A stretch of DNA of 63,140 nt, the filler included, from Octopus bimaculoides (Eukaryota): NCBI RefSeq assembly GCF_001194135.2. It is 7 parts of 6 records of this genome, joined end to end, with 100 filler letters (N's around TTAATTAATTAA, not from the genome) between each part and the next. Parts side by side here need not be neighbours in the genome. Positions count along the whole stretch, not along the records: positions 1 to 2,564 come from NC_068983.1; positions 2,665 to 4,729 come from NC_068982.1; positions 4,830 to 10,578 come from NC_068994.1; positions 10,679 to 12,707 come from NC_068993.1; 3 more parts are not named here. One strand, written 5' to 3'. How positions within the stretch are numbered: position 1 is the first letter of the stretch; each line of letters begins with the position of its first letter. The translations under genes were made by a program, and so were the position numbers. This document shows positions 1 through 11,402 of this stretch, piece by piece. The notes below the pieces were generated by a model. The model saw only the letters and a program-made list of their open reading frames with translations, did not search any database and was not told the origin of the DNA.

Positions 1-39
<39 letters not shown>

Positions 40-2151
40 TAAATCCCCAAAAAGAACAAACACAAAAAAACAGCAACGCTAGGACGCCAACGATTCACAT
101 ATATGAATACATGCAAAGGTATATAAATATTAGTGTGTTTGTGCTTGAGTGTATACATGTGTGTACGTGTTAATGTTTGTATTTATGCGTAGTTATATAT
201 AAAAACAACTTCACATTAAACTCAATAAAAAGAATCTCTCTCTAATTTTTGGTACGGCATATATTCATTTTTATATAGAGAACACTGACTGTGACCTCAT
301 GGGTTTTGTTTTAACAACGGCTATCAGTCAATTGACAGCTGGAATGCCGGAACTTCGAAGTCGTTATCAATATTTACGCGGTAATAATTTATATATATAT
401 ATATTATATATATAAGTAATATATACACGTTATGTGTGCGTGTGAACGTCTATACGTATGTATATAAATTGCAAGCAGTATGTTAAGAAATTGTTTTCTC
501 TTCTTGTTAAACAGCGTATAAATGCACGATTGAAATACGTAGTGTCTCTAAAGATTCCTAAACTCACCAATATCAACACTTGCAACTATTTGTATCAACA
601 CTTTCAAATATTCTTAATGAGAAACTGGAGAAAATAACTATTTCCATATCCCCAAATTTTTACCTGAACTAGCTTTACGATTAAATTATCTCCCAGCGAT
701 GTGTACCCTCAAATATGTTAAGGCAACATACCTTGGCATCAACATTTCACCTATGCATCTCCACGAATGTTCATATTGGACAAGTATACACATTTCCTAT
801 AATTCTCCCAAACATTAAACAAAAACATTTATTCTGTAACGATGAGTTTTGACCGTATAGGAATTTCTCACAGCCGTATCGGCGATGAGCTTATTCCAGT
901 CATAATTTACTGTCTTTAATGAAGGTCTTATTTACTCTCAAGCTCAATCTGAACTTTTCTATCATGTTTCTTTGGTCAGAGTTGACAGTATAATGCGTAG
1001 TTCATAACACCATCTGAATAATTTCGTGTCATAGGCATGGTTTTCTAATTATATTTCATTGGTATGATCTTCTTGCTATACTCCCGACTAATTACGTGCC
1101 AGTGGTCATATCCCTTAGTTTATACACGGTTAATCATTTTACTTTCGTCTGACATCCTAGTTATACGCCCGACTAATTAGTTTTTATTGATCACCCGACT
1201 ATTCTCCAACTCTACGCCCTCATTTGAATCCTTGTAACAACGTTCACTTTCATTTTGTCGATTTATCTGCTTTCAGTGGACAGGATCAATTGCATGACTT
1301 TTTATGGCGATTTGTATTCAGTGAATGGTAATTAGCAATGGTATCGTCTAAGTGAGACCATAGGAACACGACGCTTCCAATTCTCATCCTCTTCACTTCT
1401 ACATATACAATGAGAAAAAAAGAAAACGCACTACGTTAAAGGAACTCACCGACATTAGCTTATATATCATTGACTACTGCTGCTCTAAATAACTTATTTT
1501 TGTTATTAATGTTATTTAGAGTAATATCACTGTCGCATAACCACAATAATAAGGAATTCCACTGATAATTATTTTGTTGTATTTTGTTGTATTTAATTTC
1601 TTCCATATGCTAAGGACGATATGGAATGATCTCAAAGAATTTTAGTTACTATATCTAACATATAAATTGACAAAGAGGCACCGTCATTTAGCTTGTGCAC
1701 TACTTATTTCGAAGCTGAATGAATAAGACTTTTTCGAGAGTAAAAGTGTTTTACACCCGTATACAATGCAATGCCGCTGAGTCAAAATAACATGCCGATC
1801 ATGTGCAGTCATATTCACATACATGCATGTATATGAATACGAGACTATACGACTATATTCCTAAGTTTACATTGCTACAAAATATTTTCTATAAAACGTT
1901 TGGTAACAAGTAAATTAACTTCAGAAAAAAAAATATTAAGCTGAACAATGTTCAATACGTATATGACTCAAAGTATTTTTATACCAACAATAAAAAAGTG
2001 TAGCCTAGAATAGGTTGTAGATTTTTGAAGCCAAGAAATCTATGTATATATGTATGTATGCATATATTGGTATGTATAGACGTGTGTGTGTCAGGCATTG
2101 CGAGGCAAAATCCCGGTGTAGAACTCAATATATGTATGTTTCAGAACAAAG

Positions 2152-2479
2152 GGGAGCACTCCGTCGGTTACGATGACGAGGGTCCCAGCTGATGCGATCA
2201 ACGGAACAGCTTGCTCGTGAAATTAACGTGCGAGTGACAGAGCAATCCACAGACACGTGTACCCCTAACGTAGTTCTCAGGGAGATTCAGCGTGACATAG
2301 AGTGTGTGACAAGGCCGGCCCTTTGAAATGCAGGTACTACTCATTTTTGCCAGCTGAGTGGACTGGAGCAACACGAAATAAAGTATCTTGCTCAAGGACA
2401 CAACGCGTCACCGGGAATTGAACTCACGACCTTACAATCGTGAGCCGAATGCCCTAACCACTGAGCCACGCGCCTTCAC
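2152..2479 (-). mobile_element. tRNA-derived SINE (family A; tRNA head, CORE-like middle, shared 3' tail), full length
   Basis: Minus strand starts GTGAAGGCGCGTGGCTCAGTGGTTAGGG (A-box-like) and has GAGTTCAATTCCC (B-box-like), then TGTGTCCTTGAGCAAGATACTT (resembles the CORE domain). Perfect 15-bp TSD TGTTTCAGAACAAAG at 2137-2151 and 2480-2494. Confidence 0.9.
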
Positions 2480-2564
2480 TGTTTCAGAACAAAGCATAAG
2501 ATAAATATAGAGCGGTAATAAGGAAAAGAAATGACACAGGGAAAACAATGGTTGTTATGAACTT

Positions 2565-2664
2565 NNNNNNNNNNNNNNNNNNNNNNNNNNNNNNNNNNNN
2601 NNNNNNNNTTAATTAATTAANNNNNNNNNNNNNNNNNNNNNNNNNNNNNNNNNNNNNNNNNNNN
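2565..2664. other. Artificial 100-bp contig spacer (44 N, TTAATTAATTAA, 44 N)
   Basis: The same 12-mer sits in N runs at 2609, 4774, 10623, 12752, 35773 and 48327. It has stop codons in all six frames and is an assembly linker, not biology. Confidence 0.95.
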
Positions 2665-2756
2665 AAAATAAACTATCGGTCAAGTACTGGGATCAATAAA
2701 ATCGACTACTTCCTCCTCTCGAAATTGCTGATCTTTAGCCAAACTCAGAAACTATT

Positions 2757-3310
2757 AAAGACGACGAGTCGGCAGAGTCGTTGGAGCGACGTAAAAAAAA
2801 AATAAATAAATAAAAAAAAGATGCTTTCTGACATTTCTTCCGAATCTTTAAATTCTGAGTTCAAATCGTGCTCGGGTCAATTTTTTCATCATTTCGAAGT
2901 TGATAAAATAATATAACAGTAATCGATTTTGTCTTTTCACCTCTTCACTTAAATTTACACGTTTCGTGCCTAAATCTAAATCTAAAGTGGTCAGCTGGCA
3001 GAATAGATGAATGCGTCGGATACAAAAATGGCTCCAGCTCTATACATTGCGAATAAAGGCGCGTGGCTCATTGGTTAGGGTATTCGGCTCACAAGCGTGA
3101 CGTCTTGAATTCGATTCCCCGCGGTGCGTTGTGTTTTTAAGCAGGACTCTTTACGTTCTGAGTTGAAATTCCGTCCAAGTTGACATTACTTTTTATCGTT
3201 TCGGGGGTCGATAAATTAAGAACCAGTGACTGGGATCGATGTAATCGATGTAATCGACTAGACCCCTCTCCACAAATTTCAGGCCTTGTGCCTTTTCTAC
3301 GAATTGATTA
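2757..3310 (+). mobile_element. Cluster of degenerate family C SINE copies with a family A head fragment (about 3056-3150) nested inside
   Basis: Recognisable blocks: TTCTGAGTTCAAAT, GGGGGTCGATAAATTAAG, ACTGGGATCGATGTAATCG, AGGCCTTGTGCC. AAGGCGCGTGGCTCATTGGTTAGGG at 3056 matches the head of the 2152-2479 element. Confidence 0.7.
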
Positions 3311-3397
3311 TTACTGTGTAGACACTGTAGAAGGAGATCCATTGTCTAAATGCAACTTAGGTATCATCAATGGATTTAATGTTACAAAACGCAATCT

Positions 3398-3617
3398 GAG
3401 GCGGCAAGCTAGCAGAAACGTTAGCGCGCCGGACGAAATGCTTAACGGCATTTGCGTCCGTTTTTACGTTCGGAGTTCAAATTCCGCCGAGGTCGACTTT
3501 GCCTTTAATCCTTTCATGGTCGATAAAATAAGTACCAGTTGAATACTGGGATTGATGTAATCGATTTGCCTCTCCCCTCAAATTGTTGGCCTTGTGCCTA
3601 TAGTAGGAAGGATTATT
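3398..3617 (+). mobile_element. tRNA-derived SINE (family C)
   Basis: GGCGGCAAGCTAGCAGAAACGTTAGCGCGCCGG...GGAGTTCAAATTCCGCCGAGGTCGACTTTGCC...GGCCTTGTGCCTATAGTAGGAAGG, closely similar to the 7280-7509 copy. Confidence 0.85.
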
Positions 3618-3879
3618 ACCCTTCAACACCACTTCCACCTCTTCCACCACAACTTCTATTATAGTACCATTAATCACCACGATCTGCTAGAAATGGCAAC
3701 CAAATCATCCTCAAAACACACCTAGCGATCTTTAAGAAAATATAACAAATTGGATAATGAAGTCGTAGGTACACTATGCCATTTATACAGGTGGAACATT
3801 CACAACTGTTTTATTTTTTTATCATTGATTTCGATTAGGGTTGAGCTTGGGTTAAGCAACTGCAATAACCAACACCACA

Positions 3880-4729
3880 CACACACACACACACACATCG
3901 CCACCGTGGAATCATCATCAGCAGCAGCACCGCTACTGCCACCACTGCCGCCACCACCACTATCACCACCATCGCCATCAACTACCACTACCGCCGCTGC
4001 CATCACAGCACCGTCACCACCACCACCACTACCATTTACCATCACTACCACCTCCATTACCATGACCTCCATCACCACCACTGCCACACTCCTCCGCCTC
4101 GACTCTCACCATCATTACTACCAACTTCTCCACACTACCTCCATTACCACGAACGCAGTGTCATAAAATACCACTCTCGCACTACAACCACTACTCTGCA
4201 ATCGCCACCACCTTTATCATCATTTAAATGATTTATCATCATCATTATTACCATCATCATCGTCGTCATCATCATCATCATCATCATCATCATCACCCTC
4301 ATCGTCATCATCATCATCATCATCATCATTATCATTATCATCATCATCATCATCATCATCATCATCGTCATCATCACAATCCAAAGCGATACTACTTTCA
4401 CCGTCCTGTAATCAGCACTGCCACCACACCCCATGTCATCACCACTATTGTGACGCATATACAACACACCATCACAACCGTCACCACCACAACCACAACC
4501 AGCACCACCGCCAAAACCACAACCACCAACACTACAACCACTACCACCACCACAACCACTACCATCATCACCACTACCACCACTACCACCGCCTCAACCA
4601 CCACCAACACCACCAACACCACTACCAGCATCACCACTACCACCACCACCGCCTCAACCACCACCAACACCACCATCACCACTACCAGCATCACCACCAC
4701 CACCACCACTACAACCACCACCACCACCA
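3880..4729. repeat. Low-complexity (CAC/CAT/ACC)n trinucleotide array
   Basis: Visible tandem CAC, CAT and ACT repeats running into a gap. Source of the poly-His, poly-Thr and poly-Met ORFs. Confidence 0.95.
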
Positions 4730-4829
4730 NNNNNNNNNNNNNNNNNNNNNNNNNNNNNNNNNNNNNNNNNNNNTTAATTAATTAANNNNNNNNNNNNNNN
4801 NNNNNNNNNNNNNNNNNNNNNNNNNNNNN

Positions 4830-4898
<69 letters not shown>

Positions 4899-5410
4899 GA
4901 TGCATGTATGTAAAGCTTTAAACTACCCAAAAGAGACATTGAATACATGATCTGTCTCTATAACATCCCACGCGTTTACAAAGGTTTCAGAACACAGAGA
5001 CTGTACGGTCCCTGAAGGCTAGGAATAAAGAAACATCAAAAAGTTGCCATAAGAGGAGAAACGTCAAAGACGGGAATAGCTGAACCAATACGATACGGTT
5101 AACGAAAAAATATACACACAGCTACGAAGTGAAAGGGCCATAATTGGTAGAGAACAATAGAAACATCGAAAAATCAATGAAGCAATATGTTTAACATTGG
5201 TGACAGAGTCACTAAGTCCAACAATATCGCTGTTGTTACTAAAAGATATATAGAAATATACTAAAAGTAATGTTACTTTAGCGTACAGTCTATTGCAATA
5301 TTCTTAGTCTATACAGTAAAATTACTAGATCTGTGTTAGGAAGGGTTATGGTTTAGGGTTAGAGGTTAAAAATAGGATTTGAGTTAGGGTTAGACTACTT
5401 GCTAAAGTGT

Positions 5411-5789
5411 GGAGGCGCAATGGCCCAGTGCTTAGGGCAGCGGACTCGCGGTCATAGGATCGCGGTTTCGATTCCCAGACCGGGCGTTGTGAGTGTTTAT
5501 TGAGCGAAAACACCTAAAGCTCCACGAGGCTCCAGCAGGGGATGGTGGCGAACCCTGTTGTACTCTTTCACCACAACCTTCTCTCACTCTTACTTCCTGT
5601 TCCTGTTGTGCCTGTAATTCAAAGGGTCAGCCTTGTTACACTGTGTCACGCTGAATATCCCCGAGAACTACATTAAGGGTACACGTGTCTGTGGAGTGCT
5701 CAGCCACTTGCACGTTAATTTCACGAGCTGGCTGTTCCGTTGATCGGCTCAACTGGAACCCTCGACGTCGTAAGCGACGGAGTGCCAGC
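5411..5789 (+). mobile_element. tRNA-derived SINE (family B), full length
   Basis: Head GGAGGCGCAATGGCCCAGTGCTTAGGG...GGTTTCGATTCCC. The 3' tail is shared with family A. 14-bp TSD ACTTGCTAAAGTGT at 5397-5410 and 5790-5803. Confidence 0.92.
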
Positions 5790-6834
5790 ACTTGCTAAAG
5801 TGTAAGTGGCCAGGTAAACCGCAAGCTGAAGTGGTACCGTAGAAGGAGTGCTGTAGTTTTTTCCCGTTCGCCAGTGGGCCTTGCAGATAAAAGTTATATT
5901 ACTCTTAATTTAGAAATAAATCGTCGTTTGAACCCGGCCGGTGGTCATATACGTATTTACTATGACATTTTAACAATTATTCAAATTGATCAATCACGTA
6001 AATATTCTTTTCTACTCTACGCACAAGACCCGAAATTTTAGGGGAGGGGGCCAGTTGATTAAATCTGTTGATTAGTCAGTTGACACCTCGTCAAAAGAAA
6101 TCGGTGCTTTGTTATATTATCTTAGCATTATTATTACATTCTTCCGAGTACCAGTAATATATTTGGGTCGATTTAAACTTCTATCAACTCTCTCCTCCCC
6201 AAAAGAAATTGGTGCTTAGTACTAGAGTCGTCAGAATATAAGATGAAATGCCATGCAGTATTTGTTCCGATTTCTGGCGTTCTCAGTTCAAATCATGCCA
6301 AAGTTAACTTTATTTTTATTCTTTCCTCGGTCGATAAAGAAAATACTAGTCTAGAGCGGTGGACTGACGGAATCGTTACTTTATTGAATCTAATGCCTTT
6401 CGGTATTTACTCAGCCTCTTTGCTCTCTGATTGTAAAATCCTGCCGAGAACTACTGTGAGTGGTAGACTTAAGCAGTTACCTTATATAACGCATCTATCT
6501 GGCACCTGGACTACCTTTAGTAGAGTTCACCCTACTGGAAGGTATCCTCGAACCTGACCTAGCATTCGGTTTAAGAATACCTCCGCCTATTCTCCTTTCA
6601 TCCATTTTTTCCATTCCCCGCTTCTTTCTACCAAACTCAAAGCAAAAGCCCTGCAAATGATCAAGGATACTATCCTTCTTTCTGACCAAGCATTAAAACT
6701 AAAAATCATTTTGTCTTCTCGCCGTTCACAATTCAGATGTAACCCGATTAGTCCTTGTCTTGTTTTTATATCCATCTGAGGTCTGTAAAATAATCCCGGA
6801 ATCGATCTTATCAACTTATATTCTTCTCAAAATA

Positions 6835-7036
6835 TGTGGTCTTCGATCAATATACATGTACAGCACTGACTTTCCGGACACGGAAATGGGACGGAGTCAC
6901 TTATAATCCGCAGTAACTTACGTGCAGAAACACCACATTCCTGAAGCCGCTAGGCTCGATCACTAGAGCCTTTACACAGACTTGTATCTTGCACAGTGAA
7001 GTATGAATAAACTTGTATCATTTATAGTAGCTAACA
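6835..7036 (+). mobile_element. Possible solo LTR
   Basis: About 200 bp bounded by TGT...ACA with AATAAA about 25 nt before the end. No TSD and no second copy found, so this is weak. Confidence 0.3.
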
Positions 7037-7039
7037 ATA

Positions 7040-7100
7040 GGCGCAGGCATGGCTGTGTGGTAAGAAGTTTGCTTCCCAACCACAGGATTCAGTCCCACTG
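7040..7100 (+). mobile_element. Truncated head of SINE family D
   Basis: GGCGCAGGCATGGCTGTGTGGTAAGAAGTTTGCTTCCCAACCAC...CAGTCCCACTG, similar to the start of the 19636 copy. Confidence 0.8.
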
Positions 7101-7682
7101 AAGAATTTATAGTCGAATGAACCGACCCCAGTCCTTTTTTGTTTTCTTTCTAAGTCTGGTACTTATGTTATTGGTCTCATCGCCGAACTGCTAAGTTACG
7201 AGGATGTAAACATACCAACACCACTTGTGATGCGAGACAAACTCATACGTATAGACACACACAAAGATATACATCCAACGCGGCGAGCTGGCAGAAACGT
7301 TAGCGCGCCGGGCGAAATGCTTATCGGTGTTTCGTCTGCCGCTACGTTCTGAGTTCAAATTCCGCCGAGGTCGACTTTGCCTTTTATCCTTTCGGGGTCG
7401 ATAAATTAAGTACCAGTTACGCACTGGGTCGATGTAATCGTCTTAATCCCTTTGTCTGTCCTTGTTTGTTCCCTCTATGTTTAGCCCCGTATAGGCAATA
7501 AAGAAATAACAAATAGGTACATACACACTCACACATATACATATATTACAGGCTTCTTTTAGTTTCCGTGTATCAAATCCACTCACAAGGCTTTGGTCGA
7601 CCAAAGGCTATAGTAGAAGACCATTGCTCAAGGTGCCACAGAGTGGGACTGAGCCCGGAACCATGTGGTTGGAAAGCAAAGT
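7101..7682 (-). mobile_element. SINE family D copy (head truncated) interrupted by a family C SINE
   Basis: 7548-7682 is the reverse complement of the family D body (AAATCCACTCACAAGGCTTTGGTCG...AGTGGGACTGAGCCCGGAACCATGTGG). 7101-7260 is the reverse complement of its tail, comparable to 19900-20030. Confidence 0.75.
7280..7509 (+). mobile_element. tRNA-derived SINE (family C), well preserved
   Basis: GCGGCGAGCTGGCAGAAACGTTAGCGCGCCGGGCGAAATGC...TTCTGAGTTCAAATTCCGCCGAGGTCGAC...GGCAATAAAGAAATAA. Confidence 0.9.
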
Positions 7683-8494
7683 ACTGGGGCGATTCATTCA
7701 ACAACAAATTCTTCAAGGTGGTGCCCCAGCATGGCCGTAGCCTAATGTCTGAACCGGTACCTGTACTTCATTTAATTATTTAAGTAAATTTGATATTTGT
7801 TTATTATAGAGCGTACCCACCTTTGGTTAGGAAAAATCGGTAGTCCGAAATGGCTTTGGAACCTGTGTTATTATTGATTCTGTTGTTCTTCCTATTGTTA
7901 TCGTTACAGTGGCACATATTGTTGAGATTATTGTTGTAGTTATTTGTCGTCACTGTGGTTGTTAGTCTGGTCGCAAATTTAAAAATCTCTTTCAAACTAC
8001 ACGCAATGTACGAACGTGCATGTGAATACGTCTGCGTTGTGTGCACACAAGTTGTATAAGTGTATGTTTGTGTTAATTTTCACCCATATTGCTTGCTTTA
8101 TGTGCAATAGAAAGGCGTATTTCAAACTGAAACATAAAATTTGAAAGAAGTAAAATACTTTGAAATAACACTAAAAATAAATAACATTGGCAATAATGAT
8201 TTCTTTATTTAATAATATAATAATAGCAGTGATACTGATCTAATGAGACTTCAAATTCCCTTCACGTAGAAATAGGACGATAAATTGAATAGTAAAAATA
8301 TTCACGATAGAATGTATGATAACACATATTTTCACCACCATCATCATTGCCATTTAAGCGAACATTTAAATCATTCCTATTTTTGTACAAAATGTTTATA
8401 ATTGTATTCTCTATTTCTAGCAAAACATCTATATACGTTCGTGTACACATACAAACGTAGTTAGAAAACAAACTCATTCACATATACAGACACA

Positions 8495-8532
8495 TACATA
8501 CATACATACATACATACATACATACAAACTGG

Positions 8533-8584
<52 letters not shown>

Positions 8585-8928
8585 CAGACAGATATTACAA
8601 AATGGTTGGCCAAAGCAACAGGTTAATGCCCGTGCTAAATGAAACTTTTAGTTTTAAAGGCTTGGTTTCAGCTAACCGAATAAAATTAACCATATTCTAT
8701 GTCCAGTACTAAGTGCATGTTATCTTGCTCGTTATTACTAATGAATATATGAGTGTGTGTGCGTGTGTGTGTTTGTGTATGTGTGTGTGAGTGTGTGTGT
8801 ATGTGTATGTTTGTGTGTTGGTGTGTACATATGTGTATGCATATATACATACATACAAATATATGTGTGTGTGTGTGTATAAGGGGTGTGTATTTAATTT
8901 TGAGCTCTGTATATATGTGTGTGTGTGA
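8495..8928. repeat. Compound microsatellites (TACA)n, (GATA)n and (GT)n with a short unique spacer
   Basis: Visible tandem repeats at about 8495-8590 and 8748-8928. Confidence 0.9.
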
Positions 8929-9300
8929 TTCCAGCCATTCCAAAATCTTGGCCCTACTTTATTCATATCCGCTGCAAATTGGGCGCATTGGAGGAAATCT
9001 TTCATACTTTTTGTGTATTTTAGGGAGACAATAAAATACAGGTGTTCTTCTTTCTGACCTTAAAATCTTAGATTCGGCCTTATTAACGAAATTGTTTTCC
9101 TCCATTTCCAGAATTATTTTGTCAAGTTCCTCTATGTAATTGGTGTTTGGATCGATTGGTAATTATTCATATGAAGTTTTGTCATTTAAAACTTCTTCAC
9201 GAGCCGAAATATACTCACTTTCGTCCATTATTACGATAGCGCCTCCCTTATCCGCCATCTTAATAACAATAGAATCGTTATTAGCTAGACGTCGGAGTCC
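8923..9300 (-). pseudogene. Penelope-like retroelement RT N-terminal fragment (inverted)
   Basis: Manual single-frame translation: LANNDSIVIKMADKGGAIVIMDESEY...RTPVFYCLPKIHKKYERFPPMRPICSGYE*SRAKILEWLESH. The DKG and FYxLPKIHK..RPI motifs are typical of PLE RT. Two in-frame stops. Confidence 0.9.
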
Positions 9301-10223
9301 ACCGCCACTCCGATCATCCACATCATCTTATTCGGTCAAATCCGAAATCCCAGTTTTTGAGGATAAAACGGATTTCTACTGACATAGGGGATTACTGGAA
9401 ACATGCAAATGCTTTTGTATGTCATTATGTCAAATGCGGTTACAGTGAATCACGATTAAAGGAAATAGCAAATGAAATAGCTAAGATTGGCAAAGATAGT
9501 CAAACCTACACACATAATTTTAGCAAAAACATCTATTAGATGACAGAATTCCTTTAGTGATTAGCTGGCACCGACTTCTCGCTGGCATTTCAAAAGTGTT
9601 GCATGAAAGTTACCAGCACGTGGCGAAAAAATATCCTCGTTTCAAACAAATATTTCCTAAGCCGCCTATTGTAGCCTTTAGACGGAATAAGAATATAAGA
9701 GAATTATTGACTTCTATATCTGACTCCAAGAAAACGAACATTGGAGTATCTGCACGCTGTACCTTAAAGAACAGCCGCAAGTGAGCTAAGCTCTGTTCAT
9801 TGTGCAATAACGTGAGTGAAGTGAATTCCATCAGCAATCATAACAGAAATGTTATGATTTATACAGGTGGGACATGTAGAGATTCCCATTTGGTGTACGC
9901 TGCAGAATGCACGAAACACAGCTTAATTTATGCTGGTTGTACAACAGAAGAATTAAACAAAAGGTTTAATGGGCACAGATTCGACGTCCGGCACAATAAT
10001 AGTAGTTCGACAGAACTTGCTGAACATTTTTGTTTCAAGCGGCTGCAATTTTGAAGAAGACTTGAAAGTGCATATTCTCAGAAAATATTCTGAATCTGCT
10101 TCACTTTCACTTCTCAGAATGTATGAGGAGAAATATGTTTGCGGGTTATTAACATCACGCTCTGGAGGAATGAATAAGATGGCAGGAGAATATCATCAAA
10201 TTTATACAAAACTGTTTGATTAA
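9299..10223 (+). pseudogene. Penelope-like element RT thumb, Cys-rich linker and GIY-YIG endonuclease (decayed)
   Basis: HSDHPHHLIRSNPKSQFLRIKRIST (thumb), IFPKPPIVAFRRNKNIRELL, C..LCSLC linker, HLVYAAECTKHSLIYAGCTTEELNKRFNGHR (GIY-YIG-like), LAEHF, YEEKY. Broken by stops and frameshifts near 9540, 9783 and 10050. Confidence 0.9.
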
Positions 10224-10419
10224 ATATTCTTCTTTATTTATTTTTCTTTCCTTTTTTTCTGTCGTCTTCTTTTTTTCTGTTTTTTCTGTATTTTTCTTTC
10301 CGCCTGTTATAAAACTTAAAATCTGATGATGTCATTCTATCGATGAGTGGACGCTGGTTGCTCTCGTTCATACTTTACGTTTAAATTTCTGTAATTTCGA
10401 ATTTTTATCACTTCTTATT

Positions 10420-10462
10420 TTGAACTTGACAAAGACAGGCGTACTCTTGAAATATAGTTCAA
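10420..10462 (+). ncRNA. Minimal type I hammerhead ribozyme variant in the PLE 3' region
   Basis: Stem I TTGAAC (10420-10425) pairs with GTTCAA (10457-10462). Core TTGACAA (U3-A8 variant of CUGANGA), GAAA at 10449-10452, palindromic ATAT in place of stem III, predicted UA cleavage after 10456. Stem II is imperfect. AATAAA at 10465-10470. Confidence 0.6.
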
Positions 10463-11402
10463 CTAATAAAGTATCGGTCACGTTATGGAGTTGATCTAAT
10501 CGACTAACCCAGCGGTTCCCAGCCTTTTCCCTGTGGTTCCCAACAGTGTTTGCCTACCCTTTTATTTAAATGTGTTTTNNNNNNNNNNNNNNNNNNNNNN
10601 NNNNNNNNNNNNNNNNNNNNNNTTAATTAATTAANNNNNNNNNNNNNNNNNNNNNNNNNNNNNNNNNNNNNNNNNNNNGCTCAGCGTTTTACTTCCGCTG
10701 TTACAATTTAGTAATACTTCAAGCTTTTCATTGAAAGCATTACTTGGTAGTTACAAACTCACTGCTATATTTGATATTCCTAGTTCAGCTTAGAGTAATA
10801 ACTAACCTAAATAGTCAGCTAATATATCATTTATATAAAAAACTAACGAATTACACATTTAATAACAACCTTCCCATGACTTCTTGTACATTTTTTGCTT
10901 ATAATATAAATATGCTACTCAATTAAATCTTAATTTTTGCTCTTTCTTTCATTGAAATAATTTCTACCTGTTTGCTTGTTATTTCATCAGTGGGAAGGTA
11001 GATTCGGGTACAGTTGTGTCTGAAGGTAAACGGCCGATCCCACCTGATCACTGAATAATACACTGTTAATCTCAACGAAGCAGTAATATATGCAGAGTAA
11101 ATCCCGTGATAAACCAAATATATCCGGTTTCATATTGACTAGCAAAATTAACCAAACAGTACTCTTAAGGAGTCAAGACGTTCGCATCTTTTAATATATA
11201 CCCTACATTCACAATACAGGTGAAAGTTTTATCTTTTGCCTTTTATTTGTTTCAGTTACCGGACTGCAGCTATGCCGAGGCACCTCCTTGAAGAGTTTTC
11301 GTCAGGATACGTGGAGATGGAACAGGAGATAGAATAAATCTGTGACATGCGCAGACTGGAAGTGTTATAGTAGCCAGTGTAGTTCATATAGTTCTTGTCA
11401 GT

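Noticed and set aside
540-900. Possible very old LINE RT remnant on the minus strand (NVDAK...GI motifs)
   Set aside because: The resemblance to the CR1 RT region is too degenerate to support without an alignment.
3750-4785. Long His-, Thr-, Met- and Val-rich ORFs
   Set aside because: They are translations of trinucleotide microsatellites, open in several frames on both strands.
5411-5480. tRNA-like sequences at SINE heads (also 2400-2479 and 24937-25010)
   Set aside because: They lack a complete cloverleaf, continue into SINE bodies and are flanked by TSDs, so they are not tRNA genes.
7816-8000. Asn-rich minus-strand frame ending at AAAG|GTGGGT
   Set aside because: Splice-like signals are present, but the sequence is low-complexity AAC repeat with no recognisable homology.
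10323-10365. CTGATGA followed by a hairpin in the PLE 3' region
   Set aside because: No GAAA box or stem I partner was found, so at best it is a dead hammerhead relic.
10510-10545. CAGCGGTTCCC motif resembling a hAT-type terminal repeat
   Set aside because: Only one end is visible before a gap, with no TSD or partner TIR.
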